Below the pieces are notes generated by a model. The model was not told the origin of the DNA. It saw nothing but the letters and a program-made list of their open reading frames with translations, and did not search any database. Made by a program: the position numbers and the translations under genes. From Minisyncoccota bacterium (lineage in GTDB: Bacteria; Patescibacteriota; Minisyncoccia; Phycocordibacterales; UBA9973), in contig JALOQM010000001.1 of NCBI GenBank assembly GCA_025453495.1, positions 155,161-219,160 of the forward strand: DNA of 64,000 bases, given 5' to 3'. This document shows, in pieces, positions 58,192 to 64,000 of this stretch (position 1 is the stretch's first letter; each line of letters begins with the position of its first letter).

Positions 58192-59879
58192 TGTCAATTA
58201 CCAACCAACTCAAAACAATAATCATAGAACTTTTGACCGAACTCGGGATTGAAAATCCGAGCGTATCCTTTGAGCATCCGACCGAGCTTGTGCATGGTGA
58301 CTATTCGACGAATGTCGCGATGGTATATGCCAAAGAACTCAAGAAAAATCCTCGTGTACTTGCAGAAGAGGTCAAGAAATACATACAGAATCAGAAACCA
58401 GATACGATTGAGAATATAGAAATCGCTGGTCCAGGGTTTATTAATTTCTTTCTCTCAAAGCAGTTTTTTGTCGATAGTTTGAAGCACATTATTCGCGAAG
58501 GTGATCAGTTTGGTAGCAATCAAGATGGCGCTGGGAAGAAAGTACTAGTCGAGTATTCGTCACCAAATATCGCAAAACCCTTTACCGTTGGCCATTTACG
58601 CTCGACGATTATCGGTGACGCGGTCGCGAATTTGCTTGCTTTTAGCGGCTATACGGTTATTCGTGACAATCATCTTGGCGATTGGGGGACACAGTTTGGC
58701 AAACTGATTGTCGCGATCAAGAAGTGGGGAGATTTTGAGGCAATCAAAAAAAGCCAAACACCGATCAAAGAGCTCGTCGATTTGTATGTGAAATTCCATG
58801 ATGAGGCAGAAAAAGACGCTTCACTTGAGGATGAAGGACGCGCATGGTTTACCAAGCTCGAACAAGGCGACAGTGACGCGCGTGCGCTGTGGCAGATGTG
58901 TGTCGCACTTTCGATGCAAGAATTTGATCGTATCTATGCACGGCTTCGTGTGAGTGCATTTGATACTGCTCTTGGTGAGAGTTTTTTTGAAGATAAGATG
59001 GCTGCGGTGCTTGTTGATGTAAAAGCAACAAATATTGCCAAAGAATCCGAAGGCGCATATCTTATCTTTTTTGACGAAGAAAAGACGAAATTACCACCAC
59101 TTATGCTCACTAAGAAAGACGGTTCATCGCTCTACGCCCTTCGCGATCTTGCCGCTGATCGCTATCGCAGAGAGACATATGGTACTGATATCACAATCAT
59201 CAATGAAGTCGGTGCTGAGCAGTCGCAGTATTTCCGTCAGATATTTGAAGCAGAAGAACTGCTCGGGTATTTCCCGAAGTCACAGCGCGTGCATATCGGA
59301 CATGGGCTCTATCGCTTTGCGGAAGGGAAGATGTCGACACGCAAAGGCAATGTCATTTGGCTTGATGATATATTGAACGAAGCAGAAAAGCGCGCTGGTG
59401 AACTCAATGAAGCAACAAAGACTGATGTCGCACTCGCGGCGATTAAGTTCAATGATCTCAAACGTGAAGCAATCAAAGATATTGTCTTTGATTGGGATGA
59501 AATACTCAACCTCCATGGCGACACTGGACCGTATCTGCAGTATGCGCATGCACGTTGTGTATCAGTGCTTGAGAAAGCACGTGAGTCGCTTATTGAGCCG
59601 GTTGCAACAGATACACTACAGCAAGCAGGGTCAGTAGAGAAACTTGTCTATCGTTTTCCGGAAATAGTCTCTCGTGCGACTAGTGAGTATGCACCGCATT
59701 ACATTGCGACGTATCTCATCGAGCTTGCGCATGCGTTTTCTACTTACTATGCTGAGACAAAAATTGTTGATCCTGAAGATCATCTTTCTCCGTATAAAGT
59801 CGGTCTCACAAAGGCAGTCAAAATAGTTTTAAAAAATGGGCTGTCTCTCCTTGGTATTCCGACACCAGAGAAGATGTAA
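58191..59879 (+). CDS. argS: Arginine--tRNA ligase
   Basis: HGDYSTN, AGPGFINF, EYSSPNIAKP, HLGDWGTQFG, KMSTRKG, GPYLQYAHAR. Confidence 0.97.
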   Translation: MSITNQLKTIIIELLTELGIENPSVSFEHPTELVHGDYSTNVAMVYAKELKKNPRVLAEEVKKYIQNQKPDTIENIEIAGPGFINFFLSKQFFVDSLKHIIREGDQFGSNQDGAGKKVLVEYSSPNIAKPFTVGHLRSTIIGDAVANLLAFSGYTVIRDNHLGDWGTQFGKLIVAIKKWGDFEAIKKSQTPIKELVDLYVKFHDEAEKDASLEDEGRAWFTKLEQGDSDARALWQMCVALSMQEFDRIYARLRVSAFDTALGESFFEDKMAAVLVDVKATNIAKESEGAYLIFFDEEKTKLPPLMLTKKDGSSLYALRDLAADRYRRETYGTDITIINEVGAEQSQYFRQIFEAEELLGYFPKSQRVHIGHGLYRFAEGKMSTRKGNVIWLDDILNEAEKRAGELNEATKTDVALAAIKFNDLKREAIKDIVFDWDEILNLHGDTGPYLQYAHARCVSVLEKARESLIEPVATDTLQQAGSVEKLVYRFPEIVSRATSEYAPHYIATYLIELAHAFSTYYAETKIVDPEDHLSPYKVGLTKAVKIVLKNGLSLLGIPTPEKM

Positions 59880-60533
59880 ATGAAAAAAAAGAAAGTAATA
59901 ATTTTTGATATGGATGGAGTGCTTTTTGACTCTATACCATTTGCGGAGAAATATTTCCTTGAGAGGCACCCCGGGGTTACATCGAAAATGTATAGAGAGC
60001 TTTCCTCTGGAAATTATCTTGAAGAAGTTAAAAAATATTCTAATTTCAAAAAAAACTACACGCCGGAAGATGAAAAAAAATCAGCTGAATGGTATACGGA
60101 ACAGAAAAAAAGAACTCCTTTATTTAAAGGTATTGAAGAGTTATTAGCAGACTTGCATGCCAAAAGTTACATACTTGCACTAAATACGAGTGCGTATAAA
60201 GAGAAGTGTCTCCCACTCCTTATTCATTCAAGAATTGAGCAAATGTTTGATTTTATTGGAACTGCAGAAGTCGCCAAAACAAAGGTTGAAAAATTCAATT
60301 TAATTCTACGTAAATATAAAGTTGGGAAAGAGGATATCGTTTTTGTAACTGATTCCTTAGGAGATCTTAAGGAGGCGTATATATCACATATTCCCACAAT
60401 TGCTGTTACCTGGGGTGTTCATGACAGAAAGCATTTTCTTGATCCACAATATTCAAATTTGATCAAAATTGTGGATACGGTTGAAGATTTGAGAGATACT
60501 ATCTTTGGTGTTTTTGCGTTAGAAAAAATATAG
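59880..60533 (+). CDS. HAD-superfamily hydrolase
   Basis: IFDMDGVLFDS, FVTDSLGD, VTWG. Confidence 0.9.
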   Translation: MKKKKVIIFDMDGVLFDSIPFAEKYFLERHPGVTSKMYRELSSGNYLEEVKKYSNFKKNYTPEDEKKSAEWYTEQKKRTPLFKGIEELLADLHAKSYILALNTSAYKEKCLPLLIHSRIEQMFDFIGTAEVAKTKVEKFNLILRKYKVGKEDIVFVTDSLGDLKEAYISHIPTIAVTWGVHDRKHFLDPQYSNLIKIVDTVEDLRDTIFGVFALEKI

Positions 60534-60570
60534 CTTGCAAATTCTCTCATGCACGCTAGTATGAGGGTAC

Positions 60571-60819
60571 AAGCGACGACGAGGGTATCACCTCGTCTGC
60601 CCGCGCCAAAAGCGGGTAAAGCTTCGGGAAGAACTGTCCGCCGACGCCAAAGCTTCGGCGAGACACAATAGACCCCGACGGGTAAGCCCGTTAGCGCTGT
60701 AAATAAGCATCCGCCTATGCGAAAGCTACAGCGTGATAAAACAAGGTGGTACCGCGGGATGAAACTCGCCCTTGGATTATGATGGTTATCGTAATTCGTG
60801 GGCGATTTTTATTTTTTTT
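60571..60819 (+). promoter_or_regulatory. Ile T-box riboswitch (transcription attenuator)
   Basis: T-box AAGGTGGTACCGCG 60743-60756 with CGCCCTT antiterminator partner; terminator TCGCCC..GGGCGA-T run; AUC specifier at 60587-60589. Confidence 0.88.
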
Positions 60820-60823
60820 ATAT

Positions 60824-63800
60824 ATGGAAAACAAACAAAATCAAACAGACAAATCAACAACAGCACTTCGTTCCGCTGACGCAAAATCCGCTATGGCTGA
60901 CAGGGAGGAAGCAATATTGAAGCTTTGGGAGGAAAAAGATATTTTTACAAAGACTCTTGAAAAAGAATCACCAAAAGGAGAATTCGTTTTCTACGAAGGA
61001 CCACCAACTGCAAATGGCAAGCCAGGCATTCATCATCTCGAAGGTCGTGCCTTTAAAGATGCGATCCCGCGCTACAAGACAATGCAAGGGTATCACGTGC
61101 GTCGCAAAGGTGGCTGGGATACGCATGGTCTACCAGTGGAACTTCAAGTCGAAAAGAAGCTCGGATTGAAATCGAAAAAAGAGATTGAAGCCTATGGTAT
61201 TGCGAAGTTTAACCAGGAATGTAAAGAGAGCGTTTGGGAATATCGCGACATCTGGGAGAAATTTACGACTCGTATCGGGTATTGGGTGGATCAGAAAGAT
61301 CCATATGTAACCTATGACAATGGATATATTGAATCCTTGTGGAGTGTGCTTGCGCATGTCGAGAAAAAAGAACTTCTCTATAAGGATTACAAAGTGGTGC
61401 CGTGGTGTCCTCGCTGTGGCACTGCGCTTTCTTCACACGAGCTCGCGCAGGGTTATGAAGATGTGAAGGATTTGTCTGTGTATGTGAAGTTTAAAGTCGC
61501 TGGACAAGAGAATACCTATTTGCTTGCATGGACGACGACACCATGGACATTGCCTGGCAACGTCGCGCTTGCGGTGGGTAAGGATGTTGAATATGTTGTT
61601 GTTCAGCATATTGGCACAACTGTTTTTACTACCGATGATGGAAATTACAAACCTCCTACTTTAGAGAAACTAATTTTATCAAAAGATGTCTTTGTAAAAG
61701 AAGATAAAAAGGTTAATCCTACCGACCCACAAAGTAAAAAGTATTTTTTTGGTGATCTCAATAATATTTATGAAATTGTTGGTGAACATAAAGGAAGTGA
61801 TCTCATAGGTTTCTCATATATACCACTCTATCCATTTCTCAAAGACAATCTGCCTGAAAGCGAAAAAGCCAAGCTCGATCGCGCATTCAAAATCTATACT
61901 GCTGATTTTGTCACGACGACGGACGGCACTGGTATTGTGCATATTGCGCCAATGTACGGCAATGACGACTTCGATCTTGGGACAAAAGAAGGGCTCCCGA
62001 AATACCACATCGTAAACGAAGATGGCACATTTAAGTCGGAGACGGGATTTCTTACTGGACAATTTGTAAAGGAAGAAACTGTTGCAGTTTCTGTAATCAA
62101 AGATCTTGCGTCACGTGATCTCCTTTTCAAAAAAGAAAAATACGAGCACAGCTATCCGCATTGCTGGCGTTGTAAGACACCGCTTATCTACTACGCTCGT
62201 GATTCGTGGTATATTCGCATGTCATCACTCAAGAATACGCTTGTAGAAGAAAACAAGTCGATCAATTGGGAGCCTGCGCATATACAAGACGGTCGTTTCG
62301 GTGAGTGGTTGAAGGACATAAAAGATTGGGCTATTTCACGTGAACGCTACTGGGGTACACCGCTTCCGATTTGGGAAACTCTAGATCGAAGTGAGCGTAT
62401 TGTTGTCGATTCGCTCGAGACACTTAAAAAGTATGTCAAAAAATCAGGTAATACCTACTTTGTCATGCGGCACGGTGAATCTGAGAACAATCTCACACGG
62501 ACGATTTCTGTCGTTGCTGATGCGCCCGATCATCTGACTGAGAATGGAAGAGTGCAAGTGCGTACATCAGCAAAGCAGTTGCAGCAAGAAGGATTTGATC
62601 TTATTATCGCATCACCATTTGTACGCACGAGAGAAACAGCAGCAATTATGGCAGAAGTACTTGGTATTCCAAATGAATCAGTTGTCATTGATGAACGTCT
62701 CAGCGAAATGAATCCAGGTGACTTTGGTGGTACAACATGGAAGGAATATCACGAACGTATCCCAAAGACAGTAGAGAATTTCAAAACAGCGCTTCCTGGT
62801 GGTGAATCATATCAACAAGTAAAACAGCGTATTGGTGAAATGTTGTATGGTCTTGAAGAAAAATATCAAAATAAAAAGATACTGTTGGTTACCCATGGAA
62901 GTCCTTTTTGGACACTGTCTGCAGTGATCAATGGACATACTCCACAACAAGTTATTGACATGCTTGCAATGGATGATGAATTGCGTTTTATTAAAAATGC
63001 AGAACATAGAAAACTAGATTTTGCTCCATTGCCACACAATGCGGAGTATGAGCTTGATCTGCATCGTCCTTTCATTGATGACATCGTGCTTGTAAAAGAT
63101 GGTAAAGAGTATCACCGTGTAAAGGAGGTAATGGATGTGTGGTTTGATTCAGGTGCTATGCCGTTTGCACAAGACCATTATCCTTTTGCAAATAAAGAAT
63201 GGGTAGAAGGTCCAGGGTATCCAGCAGACTTTATATCTGAAGGTGTTGATCAGACACGTGGATGGTTTTATACACTGCACGCTGTCGGTATCCTTATGGG
63301 CAGAGGATATGCGTATAAAAATGTCATCTGTCTCGGACATATTCTCGATGCAGAAGGCAAGAAAATGTCTAAGTCACTCGGAAATGTTGTCGATCCGTGG
63401 ATTATGATGGACAAATACGGTGTCGATACACTGCGTCTGTGGATGTACTCAGTCAATCAACCAGGTGATTCAAAGAATTTCGATGAGCGGACAGTTGCGG
63501 AACTCCACAACAAAATTTTTAACCTGCTATATAATGTCGTTTCATTTTATGAGCTCTATCGTGATACATCTCTTGAGGATACGGCCTTGTCGACATCAGT
63601 GCATGTGCTTGATAGATGGATCACGGCACGTCTTGATGAGCTCACCGAAAAAGTAACAAAAAATCTTGACGCATTTAAACTCCTTGAACCAGTGCGCGAA
63701 ATCCGCACGTTCATCGATGATCTTTCAACATGGTATGTCCGCCGTTCACGTGATCGTATGAAAGATGGCGATACGGCAGCAAAGCAGACACTGTATGCTG

Positions 63801-64000
63801 TGCTCAAAAAACTCATCATGATTATGGCGCCGTTTGCCCCATTTGCCACAGAAGACCTCTGGCAGAAACTAAAGACTACAAACGACGTCGAAAGTGTGCA
63901 TTTGGCAAAGTGGCCTGATACAACTGAGTTTTCTCAAGAAGAGATAGCTCGTATGCAAGAAGTCCGTATGGTTGTCTCAAGTGGTCTTGAAGCACGACAA
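60824..64000 (+). CDS. ileS: Isoleucine--tRNA ligase type 2 with an inserted histidine-phosphatase domain (3' end runs off the window)
   Basis: Hand translation: FYEGPPTANGKPGIHH, GWDTHGLPVE, WTTTPWTLP, GTGIVH, YPHCWRC, DWAISRERYWG, in-frame RHGES domain, DVWFDSG, DQTRGWFY, KMSKS. Confidence 0.96.
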   Translation, partial: MENKQNQTDKSTTALRSADAKSAMADREEAILKLWEEKDIFTKTLEKESPKGEFVFYEGPPTANGKPGIHHLEGRAFKDAIPRYKTMQGYHVRRKGGWDTHGLPVELQVEKKLGLKSKKEIEAYGIAKFNQECKESVWEYRDIWEKFTTRIGYWVDQKDPYVTYDNGYIESLWSVLAHVEKKELLYKDYKVVPWCPRCGTALSSHELAQGYEDVKDLSVYVKFKVAGQENTYLLAWTTTPWTLPGNVALAVGKDVEYVVVQHIGTTVFTTDDGNYKPPTLEKLILSKDVFVKEDKKVNPTDPQSKKYFFGDLNNIYEIVGEHKGSDLIGFSYIPLYPFLKDNLPESEKAKLDRAFKIYTADFVTTTDGTGIVHIAPMYGNDDFDLGTKEGLPKYHIVNEDGTFKSETGFLTGQFVKEETVAVSVIKDLASRDLLFKKEKYEHSYPHCWRCKTPLIYYARDSWYIRMSSLKNTLVEENKSINWEPAHIQDGRFGEWLKDIKDWAISRERYWGTPLPIWETLDRSERIVVDSLETLKKYVKKSGNTYFVMRHGESENNLTRTISVVADAPDHLTENGRVQVRTSAKQLQQEGFDLIIASPFVRTRETAAIMAEVLGIPNESVVIDERLSEMNPGDFGGTTWKEYHERIPKTVENFKTALPGGESYQQVKQRIGEMLYGLEEKYQNKKILLVTHGSPFWTLSAVINGHTPQQVIDMLAMDDELRFIKNAEHRKLDFAPLPHNAEYELDLHRPFIDDIVLVKDGKEYHRVKEVMDVWFDSGAMPFAQDHYPFANKEWVEGPGYPADFISEGVDQTRGWFYTLHAVGILMGRGYAYKNVICLGHILDAEGKKMSKSLGNVVDPWIMMDKYGVDTLRLWMYSVNQPGDSKNFDERTVAELHNKIFNLLYNVVSFYELYRDTSLEDTALSTSVHVLDRWITARLDELTEKVTKNLDAFKLLEPVREIRTFIDDLSTWYVRRSRDRMKDGDTAAKQTLYAVLKKLIMIMAPFAPFATEDLWQKLKTTNDVESVHLAKWPDTTEFSQEEIARMQEVRMVVSSGLEARQ

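Noticed and set aside
1-64000. Alternative genetic code (UGA=Gly, as in Gracilibacteria/SR1)
   Set aside because: Conserved genes are uninterrupted in code 11, and ruvA and thyA end at TGA at their normal lengths.

Overview
Chromosomal fragment of a small-genome bacterium, most likely Patescibacteria/CPR (Parcubacteria-like). This rests on rplK not being followed by rplA, DUF5652-like and PilM-like genes, and frequent near-leaderless starts; genetic code is 11. The housekeeping backbone (mutM, ruvA, rpsT, malic enzyme; ruvX, rplS, secE-nusG-rplK, thyA-folA, glyA, tmk, argS, T-box-ileS; five tRNAs) is interrupted at ~12.4-36.96 kb by a composite accessory region that ends at the 3' end of tRNA-Ser(UGA). 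The main finding is in this region. Five small integrase-less cassettes of 1-2 genes and one ~20-kb element carrying a large serine recombinase are separated by six copies of a ~85-155-bp site with fixed internal spacing. The left arm of that site is homologous, in register, to the DNA abutting the tRNA-Ser 3' end. This is the pattern expected from repeated site-specific insertion of cassettes at one tRNA, i.e. an integron-like, tRNA-anchored cassette array without attC sites or IntI. A smaller, decayed version (arm, cargo genes, convergent recombinase remnant) sits behind tRNA-His. The large element also carries two DNA methyltransferases, a 2042-aa RHS toxin with an REase-type tip and a probable immunity gene, a C4/CI-like structured leader RNA, a HEPN-motif protein and a LexA-headed MBL-TM-MBL operon. 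All alignments and spacings were counted by hand; no database searches were run.
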